Positions 27,898-37,823 are shown, counted from the first letter of the stretch. The stretch: DNA of 64,000 bases from Candidatus Bathyarchaeota archaeon (GCA_963811105.1 CAWEPZ010000011.1:1376001-1440000), one strand, 5' to 3'. Made by a program: numbers and translations. Notes: generated by a model not told the origin, from the sequence alone.

Positions 27898-29148
27898 TTA
27901 AGGCCATAAGCCCAATGTCTTTATGGCGTTTGCCACTCTTCCTACACCCAGCATTAAGGCGCCCGTGCGCATATCGCTCTCTTCCTTCTGAGCAATAGAT
28001 ACTACGTCATTGAAAGCTTTGGTCATTTTAATTTCAAGTTTCCGGTTTACCTTTTCCAGTGGCCACTGCTCGCGAGTTAGGTTTTGTACCCATTCATAAT
28101 AGCTAACTGTTACTCCGCCGCTGTTGGCAAGAATGTCTGGGATTATACAGATTTCTTTCTCATTCAATATCTTATCTGCTTCAGGTGTTGTTGGTCCGTT
28201 TGCGGCTTCAGCAACCATTTTTGCTTTGATTTTGTTCGCGTTTTTGCTAGTGATTTGGTTCTCCAGTGCTGCAGGAATCAGTACATCACAGGGTAATTCG
28301 AGGAGTTCTTCGTTGGTGATGTTTTTGCAGCCCTTGTAGTTCTGTAGGATTTTGGTTTTTCCTTTTTGTGCAAAAACGTCCACAGGGTTTAAGCCGTCTG
28401 CGCAGAAAATTCCTCCTGTAGAGTCGCTTATGGCTATTATTTTGCAGCCTTCTTCTTGCGCTGCCACCGCCGCATTGTAGCCTACATTACCGAAGCCTTG
28501 AATGGCTACGGTAGCGTTTTTGAGTTTAAGCTGATTATTTTCTGCCGCTTGCTTAACACAGTGAATAACTCCTCTTCCGGTGGCTTCCGCTCTGCCCCAA
28601 GAACCTCCGATTTCAACGGGTTTACCAGTGACGCTTTCGGGGATGCTATAGCCTTTTAGTTGGCTGTAGGTGTCCATTATCCAAGCCATGGTTTGTGCGT
28701 CTGTGTACATGTCTGGTGCGGGAATGTCGCGGTGCGGTCCAAGGTAATCTACGATTAAGCTTACGTATCTTCTAGTTAATCGTTCAAGTTCGTGTTTGCT
28801 CATCTTTTTAGAATCAACACATACGCCGCCTTTTGCCCCGCCAAACGGGATGTCAGCTATCGCACATTTCCAAGTCATCAACATTGCTAATGCCGTAACG
28901 TTGTCAAGGGTAACGTTTGGGCTGTAGCGGATTCCGCCTTTGAATGGTCCGCGTGCATCCCAATGTTGAACTCGAACTCCGTTGAATACGCCAACTGTTC
29001 CGTTATCCATTCGAATGTCTATGCTGACGCTCATCGAACGTTTTGCCTGGCTTAGCATTTTGTAAATACTAGAATCTAACTCCAGCTTCTTAGTTGCAAG
29101 TTTAAGTTGACATAGGGCGTCAGTTAATGTTGTGTGATCTTCCGCCAT
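27898..29148 (-). CDS. gdhA: Glutamate dehydrogenase
   Basis: GPFKGGIRY, PFGGAKGG, DIPAPD, QGFGNVG, EAANGP. Confidence 0.96.
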   Translation of the reverse strand: MAEDHTTLTDALCQLKLATKKLELDSSIYKMLSQAKRSMSVSIDIRMDNGTVGVFNGVRVQHWDARGPFKGGIRYSPNVTLDNVTALAMLMTWKCAIADIPFGGAKGGVCVDSKKMSKHELERLTRRYVSLIVDYLGPHRDIPAPDMYTDAQTMAWIMDTYSQLKGYSIPESVTGKPVEIGGSWGRAEATGRGVIHCVKQAAENNQLKLKNATVAIQGFGNVGYNAAVAAQEEGCKIIAISDSTGGIFCADGLNPVDVFAQKGKTKILQNYKGCKNITNEELLELPCDVLIPAALENQITSKNANKIKAKMVAEAANGPTTPEADKILNEKEICIIPDILANSGGVTVSYYEWVQNLTREQWPLEKVNRKLEIKMTKAFNDVVSIAQKEESDMRTGALMLGVGRVANAIKTLGLWP

Positions 29149-29160
29149 AATAGTTCCTTC

Positions 29161-29174
29161 TAACAAGATTGTTA
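29161..29174. promoter_or_regulatory. Palindromic putative operator upstream of gdhA
   Basis: TAACAA-GA-TTGTTA perfect inverted repeat between a TATA-like box and the start codon. Confidence 0.45.
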
Positions 29175-29308
29175 ATCAGTGGTAGGTAGATAAGATTTAC
29201 TTTACGCGTTTTCCATGTGTTTGGTTGATGCTTTTGTATACCGATATTTCCATATGGTTAATGGTATGACAATTGTCATATTAGTGCTTAACCTGGTGAA
29301 GAAATCTG

Positions 29309-30089
29309 ATGAAGAAGAAACTACTCCAAATCTGCTTTTTCATTTTCCTATTTGGGCTGCTATTAATAACTCCAGTAGGCAAGTCTTGGCTGGCACTGAA
29401 TGGAATTTGCAAGTAACCAATATTGCAAATACTTCTGTTAGTTATGGTTACAATCAGCTTTTGGCTGTGCCTAAAACTACTGTAAGCGCTAATCTATTCT
29501 GTTACGGCGATCTGTTTACTAATGATGACTGGGGTGGAGTAAGCCTCAGCTATATACTTCAACAAGTAGGCTTGGATCTTGCAATTGATTCTGTCAATTT
29601 TTTTGGCTCAAGACGGATACACAGTAAGTCTTCCCTTGAAGGAGGCCATCGGATGTAATCATAGCTTACCAGCTAAATGACGTAGCTCTGCCTGAAACAC
29701 TACGTTTGGTATTTCCTGAAGCAATGGGACATGGGGATTTCAATGATCACTTCAATAACCCTGAGTACTTCAGCAGCTCAATCTGGAACTATTGATGGAG
29801 CGTCCCTTAACACCGCAAATTGGCACTCTTCTACTCAGCAACAAGAACCTATCCAAAAGCAAAATACTGCTCATATAAATGAGACAAGAACTGAACCAGC
29901 AGCGCCTAAAACAAACTCAACCTTACCTACCAGACAGCATCTGTGCAGCAGGAATCAAACCCTGAAAGCTAAAGCTTTCCATTTGTGGTTATCATTGGAA
30001 TCACGCTTGGGGCAACTTCTGCTTTAATGCTAGCCTCACTGGCTCTGATCAGAAGGCGCAATATCCGAGAGACCTATTCCTCCTCTTGA
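29309..30089 (+). pseudogene. Secreted, membrane-anchored molybdopterin-dependent oxidoreductase (sulfite oxidase/MsrP-like) pseudogene
   Basis: Signal peptide MKKKLLQICFFIFLFG, LFCYG, WGGVSL, QDGYTVSL, IIAYQLN..LPETLRLVFP and a C-terminal TM are spread over several frames. Confidence 0.75.
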
Positions 30090-30175
30090 CCAGTTTTTAT
30101 CAATCTCATTAGTCTCTTCTATTTCTAAAAAGAGAGAAGTTTCATAGCGAGCAGAATGAAAAATAAGGGTTAGCG

Positions 30176-30502
30176 CTAGATTTTTTCGAGATATTCTTCA
30201 AACTGCTTTCTATCCCTTAAGCATTGAGGGCAAACGCAACTGAAGGGCAGATTTTTTGTGGTACATAACTCATTGTATTTGCAGTCTTTGCATGAGAACT
30301 CTTTTGCACAGCGGGTGCATTTTTGTAGAAAAACAACTTCAGAGTTTAAAATGCTACCTACTGTTTCTATGAGTTTCTCAATATTATTATAACTTTTAAC
30401 GGAATAGAGGGCTACATCTCGTTCATACTCCAACCCGAGCCGTATTAGGAGAAGGAACTTTTCTTTTTCAACCCTTGGAAGCTTGAAACCCTTTGGATTC
30501 AA
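30176..30502 (-). CDS. Hypothetical Cys-rich (Zn-binding) protein
   Basis: CTRC..CKDC..C..CVCPQC; directly downstream of and in frame with rfcL. Confidence 0.75.
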   Translation of the reverse strand: MNPKGFKLPRVEKEKFLLLIRLGLEYERDVALYSVKSYNNIEKLIETVGSILNSEVVFLQKCTRCAKEFSCKDCKYNELCTTKNLPFSCVCPQCLRDRKQFEEYLEKI

Positions 30503-30526
30503 AACTATTACCGTTGGCGTTTTCTC

Positions 30527-31759
30527 CTAGTACTTGTTCATTTTTGTTAGGAAATCTACCTCTTCAGGTGTGAATTTGAACCAGTCTATTAATGGTTCTG
30601 ATTTTTGCTTTTGTAGCATTATTTTGATGAAGGGGACAAAATCGTGCTTAGCTATTGAGTGGGAAACGTGGCATTGGGCTCCAATTTTGCCGCAGATATT
30701 ATTAAGCGTGGCTCTTTTGCCTTTAGTCCAAAACAAAGTTATGATCCTAATCGGCGGAGAAATAAACTCGAAAGGCTTGTAAGATTCAGGTGCAACTGCC
30801 GCTGCTTGAGATAGGGAGTTGAAGAAGTACTTTAGAAGATGCCAATACTCTGTTCCGATTCTTCCCCGAAATACATCTGCTTGAGAAACAAAATCATATG
30901 CGGCTGCTAGTTCATCTAAGTTTGTATATCGTCTTGGAAGGTTATCTGCAACTGACATGATAAACTCGTCATAGTCTATGCTTGAGCGGCTAAGTAAGCT
31001 GGATGCTTCGGCAACAGATTTTGCACTGAAAAAGCCACTCATTGTTTCATCCATGTTAATGTCTTTGTTTCTTGACGACAGCACCATGGTGTCTTGGTAG
31101 GTAAGGATACGTTTTTCTTCGCTGAGGCTTTGCAAATCATTTATGGCTGATCGTACGTCGCCCCTGCTGTTTTGCGCTATCCTTTCAAGCGCTTCGAACT
31201 CTGCTTTCACATGCTCCAGCAAACAAATCTTCTGCAAGAGTGCAATGAGAAGTGGAATTCGTATTTGGTGAAAACGTATTAGCAAACAAACTTTTTTTAG
31301 CGGTCTAAGTTTGTCTATATCTGGGTCGTTTGCTGCCATTATTACTGGCACTCGCGATTTTTCAACGATATCTATTATTGCGCTTACTCCGCCTCTATCC
31401 TCGTTGCCTGCAATGCCATCAACCTCATCGAGAAAAAGAATGTTACCTTTGCTCTTAGCAGTGAAAGTATCTAAGGCGAGATATGACGTCGCTGGTTTTG
31501 CAATCGCGTTGACAGCTTTTTCGGATCTTGTATCGCTTGCATTCATTTCAATAATTGTAGAGCCGAACTCTTTTGCGGCGGCATTAACAAGCGCGGTTTT
31601 GCCAACACCTGGTGGGCCATAGAGAAGAACTGCTTTTTTTGCTGTTTTACGCTTGCCGTTTAGCCATTCAAGAAAGGTAGCTTTCGCTTCTTCATTTCCA
31701 ACAATATCCTCTATCTTTTTTGGGCGATACTTCTCAACCCATAAAAGATCATTTCTCAA
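30527..31759 (-). CDS. rfcL: Replication factor C large subunit
   Basis: WVEKYRP, GPPGVGKT, EMNASD, DEVD, GDVRSAINDLQ. Confidence 0.95.
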   Translation of the reverse strand: MRNDLLWVEKYRPKKIEDIVGNEEAKATFLEWLNGKRKTAKKAVLLYGPPGVGKTALVNAAAKEFGSTIIEMNASDTRSEKAVNAIAKPATSYLALDTFTAKSKGNILFLDEVDGIAGNEDRGGVSAIIDIVEKSRVPVIMAANDPDIDKLRPLKKVCLLIRFHQIRIPLLIALLQKICLLEHVKAEFEALERIAQNSRGDVRSAINDLQSLSEEKRILTYQDTMVLSSRNKDINMDETMSGFFSAKSVAEASSLLSRSSIDYDEFIMSVADNLPRRYTNLDELAAAYDFVSQADVFRGRIGTEYWHLLKYFFNSLSQAAAVAPESYKPFEFISPPIRIITLFWTKGKRATLNNICGKIGAQCHVSHSIAKHDFVPFIKIMLQKQKSEPLIDWFKFTPEEVDFLTKMNKY

Positions 31760-32754
31760 TAGTTTTCCCCTAAGGCTTTACCGAATTTTGCGAATTGAGC
31801 AAGTAAAGCGCTTAACTGGATATCGCTATTGGCTCCTTGTGTTAAGCGGTAATCATATTCACCAATGACATTTGATAGTTCAGCTTTTTGTTCAGGCGTG
31901 AGATCAGACATTTTGAAGATTTCCCGCTGTACTTGACGTATTATTTCGGAACCTGAAAAACCATAAGACCCCATTATTTCATACATTGTCTTTCTTGCCT
32001 CAATAAATTCGCCGAAGAGTGCTTTTCGTATCATTTTTTGAACTTGCATTGGGCTGGCTTCTCCAACAACTATGGAAACAGTCTTCTCATCCACAACCCC
32101 TTCTTTGTAAGCTGAAGCTGTTTGCAAAGCGTTTATGGCGTGTCTAAGGTCTCCTTCTGAGTAATCTACTATTCTTTCTGCGGCTTCAGGCAATAGATTA
32201 ACATTTTCTTTTTTGGCTATGCATTGAAGTTGCTCTTTCATTGCCTGCTTATCTAATCTTGAAAAACGGAATATGGCGCAGCGGCTTTGTATTGGTTCGA
32301 TGATTTTGCTTGATTGGTTGCATATCAAAATGAATCTTGATGTGCGGGAGCTGGTCTCCATGATTCTTCTCAACGCCGTCTGGGCAGGACCAGTCATCTG
32401 GTCACACTCATCCAGAATAATCAGTGCAAAGGGAATATTACCAAAGCCTGCACGGCTATAACGCGAAAAATCCTTAACTCTCTCACGGACCGTATCGATG
32501 CCTCTTTCATCAGAAGCATTAAGCTCCAATGTGAAGCTTTTCCAGTTTGGACCAAAAAGTTCATGAGCAATGCAAAGGGCAAGAGTGGTTTTTCCTGTGC
32601 CAGGTATCCCTGCGAACATGAGGTGCGGCATAGTTTTTGGGTTTCTCATGAAAGCTTTGAGGCTTTCAGTTATGTCATGTAAGTCTACGATTTCGTTCAG
32701 GTTTTTTGGGCGGTACTTTTCAACCCACATAAGTGCTTCTTCGTTAATTGCCAT
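31756..32754 (-). CDS. rfcS: Replication factor C small subunit
   Basis: WVEKYRP, GIPGTGKT, ELNASDERG, PIQSRC; no intein. Confidence 0.97.
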   Translation of the reverse strand: MAINEEALMWVEKYRPKNLNEIVDLHDITESLKAFMRNPKTMPHLMFAGIPGTGKTTLALCIAHELFGPNWKSFTLELNASDERGIDTVRERVKDFSRYSRAGFGNIPFALIILDECDQMTGPAQTALRRIMETSSRTSRFILICNQSSKIIEPIQSRCAIFRFSRLDKQAMKEQLQCIAKKENVNLLPEAAERIVDYSEGDLRHAINALQTASAYKEGVVDEKTVSIVVGEASPMQVQKMIRKALFGEFIEARKTMYEIMGSYGFSGSEIIRQVQREIFKMSDLTPEQKAELSNVIGEYDYRLTQGANSDIQLSALLAQFAKFGKALGENY

Positions 32755-32859
32755 AAAGATAACCTTCGCAATAAATTATACAATAACGTGTTCTAATTTA
32801 GGAATTTAACTGTTTTCATGTCGACTCACGGTAAATCTGGGAAAATTTTTTTCTTATGG

Positions 32860-33192
32860 TTAACTGATTTTGCTTCCTTCGACAATATCCTTTTCGGGCA
32901 TTAGCACAGTAACGTTTCCTTCACTATCTTCAGCCGCTAAAACCATACATTGAGACTCTAGACCCGCTAGCAAGCGCTTCTGCAGATTAAGCAGGAAAAC
33001 ACATTTTTTACCAATCAGTTCCTCCGGTTTGTACCATTTTTGTAAACCTGCAATCGCCTGCCTTTTCTCCGCACCAAAATCAGCGATTATTCTTATTAGT
33101 TTTTTTGAGTTCGGAACTTCAGTTGCTTCAACTATTTTTCCTATGCGTAAATCAAGTTTTTGAAACTCAGCAAATGATATCTCTTCAGCCAA
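32860..33192 (-). CDS. tRNA-binding protein (Trbp111/MetRS C-terminal-like)
   Basis: FQKLDLRIGKI, PEELIGK, ESQCMVLAA OB fold. Confidence 0.9.
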   Translation of the reverse strand: MAEEISFAEFQKLDLRIGKIVEATEVPNSKKLIRIIADFGAEKRQAIAGLQKWYKPEELIGKKCVFLLNLQKRLLAGLESQCMVLAAEDSEGNVTVLMPEKDIVEGSKIS

Positions 33193-33229
33193 CCATTTCA
33201 CGCTCTAGACTTAGTTCTGGTTTTCAATG

Positions 33230-33883
33230 TTATTTACTTTGCCGTCTTGAGAAAGTCTGATTCTTTCTTTAGACGCTAACTTGTATGCTTGCAGCGACGG
33301 CTCTGGAATTCAGCTTTTGGAGCAATGCTTAACAATTTCGATGGCGCTATCAAGAGACACCATATGCCCAATGCTAACATAAACAGGTTTGATATCCTGT
33401 TTAGCGGTTACAAAGGCACTCGATAACTTCACCTTTATCAACTAAAAGTACTTTTCCGTCTTACTCCACTGGCGTTCCAATCAACCAGCTTTTTGTAGCG
33501 CCAACAGTTGACTTTCATTATGCGAGTCCAAAGTGGCTAGCAAATCAATATCTATGTGGGTGCGCAAGTCCTTGCGCCTCAACGAGAAAAACGTCCAGCT
33601 GAATCTTCAACATTTATGTCGCCAAAATCGCAAGCGGAAGCTCTCTGAAGAAGAGCAAAGTTGGAGTATACGGTATCCTATCTTGGCAAGCTGCAACTTG
33701 GGCTTCCAAAATCTCAAGCTAATCATAATCCAAAACCGTTAATGCTCCAACGCCAAATTGCCAATATATGAAAGGTACAACTGCGACAGTTTTTATTTTT
33801 GGAGGCAGCTTATCTTCCTTAACTATTTTCCGTGATAAACAAAACTGTGTTCTATGTGCCTTTTTAACGGAAAAGCTTTCCAT
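33230..33883 (-). pseudogene. nfi: Endonuclease V pseudogene
   Basis: MESFSVKKAH.TQ, PYTPTLLFFRELP, DVFLVEAQGLAHP, ASHFG, PVYVSIGH, IPEP with several stops and frameshifts. Confidence 0.88.
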
Positions 33884-33900
33884 TAGCTTGCGGCGTTTGC

Positions 33901-34563
33901 TCAAGGCTTAACCTTTTTCGCAGTGGGTTTGCGGATTTGTTTTAATGGTTGAAACTGCTTTAAGGTGTCTTCAAGTGATTTTCTTCGAATTTCTAATGTA
34001 ATGTCTCCGCGTGTGGCTTCGATTATTCTTCTTGCATTATCAGACTTGTGTCTAAGTCCTGGAACAAGCATGTAAGCTTCATCAAGAGCTAATAATTGAA
34101 TGAAAACTTGGTCCATTATCTCTAGACATTCTTCGCCTTTTTTGACTTCTCCATAACGTAAATTGTCAAGCGCTAAACGCCTAAACTCACCAATAACATC
34201 TGCTAAACCAAGCACGTAATCAACAGATGGCACCTTAATTTCAGCTGGAGTTACAAAACGTGATTCCTTTACAAGATTCAAAAATATTCGAGCTTCCGAA
34301 TATTCCTGAAGCGCTGCACTAAACATCCCTCCATAGACAATCTCAGGATATTGCACTGATAAAACTTGGAGTTCTGAAATTTTCTCTTTAGCATTTTTAA
34401 TAAAGCTTTCAGCTTCAACGTATTTTTTTTGGTGGCTCAAGAGAATGGCTTGTTTGGAGAGGCTTGTTGCTTTACGCATGCTTTCATGTGCATCCTCGCG
34501 GATTTGATTTTTTTGCATAAGCTCTTTTTTGACTTCTTGAAGGACGCTCTCTAAAGATGACAA
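33901..34563 (-). CDS. Translin-family protein
   Basis: ALQEYSEA, DYVLGLADVIGEFRR, LRHKSD. Confidence 0.9.
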   Translation of the reverse strand: MSSLESVLQEVKKELMQKNQIREDAHESMRKATSLSKQAILLSHQKKYVEAESFIKNAKEKISELQVLSVQYPEIVYGGMFSAALQEYSEARIFLNLVKESRFVTPAEIKVPSVDYVLGLADVIGEFRRLALDNLRYGEVKKGEECLEIMDQVFIQLLALDEAYMLVPGLRHKSDNARRIIEATRGDITLEIRRKSLEDTLKQFQPLKQIRKPTAKKVKP

Positions 34564-34599
34564 AATTACACCACTAAGTAAGTGGCGTTTGACTATTTA

Positions 34600-34819
34600 T
34601 TTTGATTCCCCTTAGCGTTTGCTTGTTTTTTACGGTTGTTAGGGGATAGTCTATTTTTCAAACAGAACTTGCTGTCGCCCAACGCAAAGCGTACCTTAAC
34701 CGCGATTCCATCTGAACCTTAAATGGAATTTTGCTATCTTCCGCTAAATCTTTATGAAGACAGACAAGGTATTTACCGTCTTTTCTGCGAAATACTCGGC
34801 CTTTTCCTTTGCTTACAAT
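34600..34819 (-). pseudogene. Degenerate small AbrB/SpoVT-like hypothetical gene
   Basis: Hand translation (ATT)VSKGKGRVFRRKDGKYLVCLHKDLAEDSKIPFK, continuing after a frameshift as GSDGIAVKVRF; no valid start codon; resemblance recalled, not searched. Confidence 0.45.
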
Positions 34820-34900
34820 GGCAGCAACCGCTTGATAGGTAGTTAGAGCCTAAGGGCAAAAAATTAAGTATTTAAGTTTATCCAACTAAGCCTGAGTAAG

Positions 34901-35863
34901 CTAGTTGTTGCCCACCTGAATAGGCTTCTCCAACCTGCTTAACAGAACTACTCTGCTCTCTGGCGCCTCGTTAATAATTTTGTACCCCGTTTTTTCTGCC
35001 AACTGTTCGGCAAAGCCTCTAACTTCAGTGTGCCGAGGCATCCGGTCAAAGCTTAAGCGTAAGTGAGAGAATCCAATATGCATATACGCTTTTGCTTCAA
35101 TGTAGGTTGGCTTAGCTGTTTCAATAAGTTTAGCATATTCTTCAACATTGCTCATGTTGTGCTCTTTCACCAGCGTCATGCGAATCACCGTAGGGCAACT
35201 GAAACTCTGCAGCAAACCAAGAGTTTCGTTTATTTTTGCCCAAGCACCTGGAAACTCTGGACGACAAACCTGTTTGTATATTTGCTCGTTTGGTGCACAC
35301 AATGAAATATACAGTTGAGTGGGTTCTTGGCTTAGTTTTAGGAGTTTAACGGGTAATGTTCCGTTCGAAACCAGAAATGTTGTTAAACCTTTTTGATGGA
35401 AAGTTTTAATCAACTCTCCTAGTGGCTCGTAAAGTGTTGGTTCACCAGTTAGGCTTATTGCAACTTGCTTAGGTGTCAGGGCTTCTTGAAATTTGCGCCA
35501 ATTTGTTTTGGGGTTTCCCTTGTAGCCTGTTAAAATTCTTTCTTGCGCCTTAAAACATCCTTCAACAATTTCTTTTGGTTCATCTACTTTTGGAATCTTC
35601 GTCTCGTCCCAAGTAACCTCTAAATCTCCGCTTTGGGCTCTCCAACAAAAAAGGCACTGCTGAGTGCAGTAGTAAAGGGAAGGTGACATCTGAATGCACC
35701 TATGCGACTTGATGCCGTAAAACTTCTGCTTATAGCATGGTCTATCATTAATTATAGATTCATAAAGCCACTTACACCTTTTGACTGCAGAGTGACTACC
35801 CACAAAATGGTATTTTTGCTTTCTTAAAGCCCCTGAAAGTGTGGCTTCGATGTTTTTTTCCAA
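34901..35863 (-). CDS. taw1: 4-demethylwyosine synthase TYW1/Taw1 (radical SAM)
   Basis: HSAVKRCKW, CYKQKFYGIKSHRC, CTQQCLFCWR, AISLTGEPT. Confidence 0.97.
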   Translation of the reverse strand: MEKNIEATLSGALRKQKYHFVGSHSAVKRCKWLYESIINDRPCYKQKFYGIKSHRCIQMSPSLYYCTQQCLFCWRAQSGDLEVTWDETKIPKVDEPKEIVEGCFKAQERILTGYKGNPKTNWRKFQEALTPKQVAISLTGEPTLYEPLGELIKTFHQKGLTTFLVSNGTLPVKLLKLSQEPTQLYISLCAPNEQIYKQVCRPEFPGAWAKINETLGLLQSFSCPTVIRMTLVKEHNMSNVEEYAKLIETAKPTYIEAKAYMHIGFSHLRLSFDRMPRHTEVRGFAEQLAEKTGYKIINEAPESRVVLLSRLEKPIQVGNN

Positions 35864-35914
35864 ATGTTTAACCTGATTTTTCTTTGTAGATAGGAACTCT
35901 CCCTTTTAAAAATC

Positions 35915-36199
35915 ATGTTGCTAATATTGTTTTTTAGCATAAATCAGTTGCGTTTCAATGTTCTTCCAGCAATTCAGATATTATTGTGCGGCAACATGCA
36001 AATAGTGGCATTTGCTCAGGGCGCACCAAGCGATTATCAAGCTGTCACCATATCTGTAAATCAACCAACTTCAGTTCAAATAAAACTTGACAAATATATT
36101 GTTCTAGGTCCCTTTCTAATTCAAGCAACCACATTCATAACCATAGTCATAATATTGTTTGCTATAATCTTATTTGTAGCCGTTGAAATTTATAGATGA
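35915..36199 (+). CDS. Hypothetical membrane protein, possibly a C-terminal remnant
   Basis: 94-aa ORF ending in a TM helix; N-terminus looks non-coding. Confidence 0.3.
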   Translation: MLLILFFSINQLRFNVLPAIQILLCGNMQIVAFAQGAPSDYQAVTISVNQPTSVQIKLDKYIVLGPFLIQATTFITIVIILFAIILFVAVEIYR

Positions 36200-36345
36200 A
36201 AAAGCGTTAAAGCATCTTTTCTCTTAGAGCCAACTTTACAATTTATCCTTTGACAAGAAAAAAGTTTATATGGCTTCCAATAGAATTAGAGAAAACATTA
36301 GAACAAAACGAAACCGATTTTGATTTGACAGTTGAGGTGTATCTA

Positions 36346-36636
36346 TTGGCTCAATCAAAAGCTTGTTCTCCAACATGCGGCTCTTTTAAGTGCGCCCAAA
36401 ACAACGTCTTCTACCGTCGAGACTCCGTTGGGTGTAGATTAACAGAAGAAATGTGCAATGTTGCAAACTGCACCTATTCAATGTGCCTGAAAAGGCGATT
36501 GTTACCAGGAGGGGTCTGCGGCGAAACAGTCAAACGGAAAACCGTTGAAAAAGACCTTGATGATGATTTGTTGGGTGAACCAATCAGGTTTAAGAGAAAA
36601 GCTTTGCGCAAACTCGGAGACAGAGAAATCTTTTAA
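36346..36636 (+). CDS. Cys-rich hypothetical protein
   Basis: GAGGTG SD before TTG 36346; eight Cys; basic C-terminus. Confidence 0.78.
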   Translation: MAQSKACSPTCGSFKCAQNNVFYRRDSVGCRLTEEMCNVANCTYSMCLKRRLLPGGVCGETVKRKTVEKDLDDDLLGEPIRFKRKALRKLGDREIF

Positions 36637-36679
36637 AAAGCAAAAATTGAGATTCGTACTGCAAAGTACGAGTAACTTC

Positions 36680-36841
36680 TTATTTTGACTGAACCCGTTT
36701 AACTACTGGCGGTTTAACCTTTTTTAGAATTCTGTAGCCGCAAATGATGCATTTTGTTTCTCCGCCTCGTAGCTCTAGTTCCTCAGATGGCACTCTTGCC
36801 CCGCATCTCATGCATTCGTAAACAATTCCTGACTTTTCCAT
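36680..36841 (-). CDS. rpoP: RNA polymerase subunit Rpo12/P (not in ORF track)
   Basis: Hand translation MEKSGIVYECMRCGARVPSEELELRGGETKCIICGYRILKKVKPPVVKRVQSK. Confidence 0.93.
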   Translation of the reverse strand: MEKSGIVYECMRCGARVPSEELELRGGETKCIICGYRILKKVKPPVVKRVQSK

Positions 36842-36920
36842 TAGAAACGCCTTGTCCTACAAAGAAAAGTATTTTGCTTTTAAACGTTTCCAATACCTTG
36901 TCTTTAATGAGGATATGTAG

Positions 36921-37787
36921 TTGAGGAAACGGCTTAGAGAAAAACTGTCAACGACTCTTCCAACCGAAGAGCTAAAGCAAGTATACGACTCCTTTGACAT
37001 AATAGGAGACATAGCAATCTTTAAAATGTCAAAAGGCAACACTCTCAGCGCTGAAACAGTTGCAAATAAAATAATGTCGGTCCACGGAAACGTAAAAACT
37101 GTTTTTAACCAAACTGGCCCCATCTTCGGCGATTTTAGAATTCGAACGTTAAAGTTATCGGCGGGCGAAGATAAAACAAGCACTCAACACAAGGAGGCAG
37201 GCTGCATTTTCGCGGTTGATGTTGAGAAATGCTATTTTTCTCCAAGGCTTTTACATGAGAGGCACCGGGTTGCTAGTTTAGTTAAGAGCGGTGAAACAGT
37301 TGTTAACATGTTTGCAGGCGTTGGATGCTTTAGCATAATAATCGCCAAAAAAGTTGCCCAAAGCAAGGTATTCTCTATTGACGTTAACCCCGTTGCAGTT
37401 CAATTCATGGAAGAGAATGTTAGAGTGAATAGAGTTTACAATAAAGTCATCCCTTTGCGAGGAGACTCAAAAGACTTAATCATTGCTCAGTTGCAAAGCA
37501 AGGCGGACCGCGTTTTGATGCCTTTGCCTGAAAAAGCTCTAGATTATTTGCCTTATGCTGTTTTGGCGCTTAAGAAAAGCGGCGGATGGATTCATTATTA
37601 TGATTTTCAACACTCGGTTGGAAGCGAGAACCCCGTCGAGAAAACTAAGCTGAAGGTAGCTCAAAAACTTGATAGTCTAGGTGTTGGTTATGTTTGTACG
37701 TTTTCTCGAATAGTCCGAAGTACAGGCCCTAATTGGTATCAAACCGTTTTGGACATCCAGGTCTCTTCGTTGCCAAGCAAGTTTTAA
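36921..37787 (+). CDS. Trm5/Taw2-family (Met-10+) SAM-dependent tRNA-modifying transferase
   Basis: FDIIGDIAI, GDFRIR, YFSPRL, NMFAGVG, DVNP; close to taw1. Confidence 0.88.
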   Translation: MRKRLREKLSTTLPTEELKQVYDSFDIIGDIAIFKMSKGNTLSAETVANKIMSVHGNVKTVFNQTGPIFGDFRIRTLKLSAGEDKTSTQHKEAGCIFAVDVEKCYFSPRLLHERHRVASLVKSGETVVNMFAGVGCFSIIIAKKVAQSKVFSIDVNPVAVQFMEENVRVNRVYNKVIPLRGDSKDLIIAQLQSKADRVLMPLPEKALDYLPYAVLALKKSGGWIHYYDFQHSVGSENPVEKTKLKVAQKLDSLGVGYVCTFSRIVRSTGPNWYQTVLDIQVSSLPSKF

Positions 37788-37823
37788 TACCTCAGAGGTT
37801 AACTATCTATTTCGGTAAGAAAA

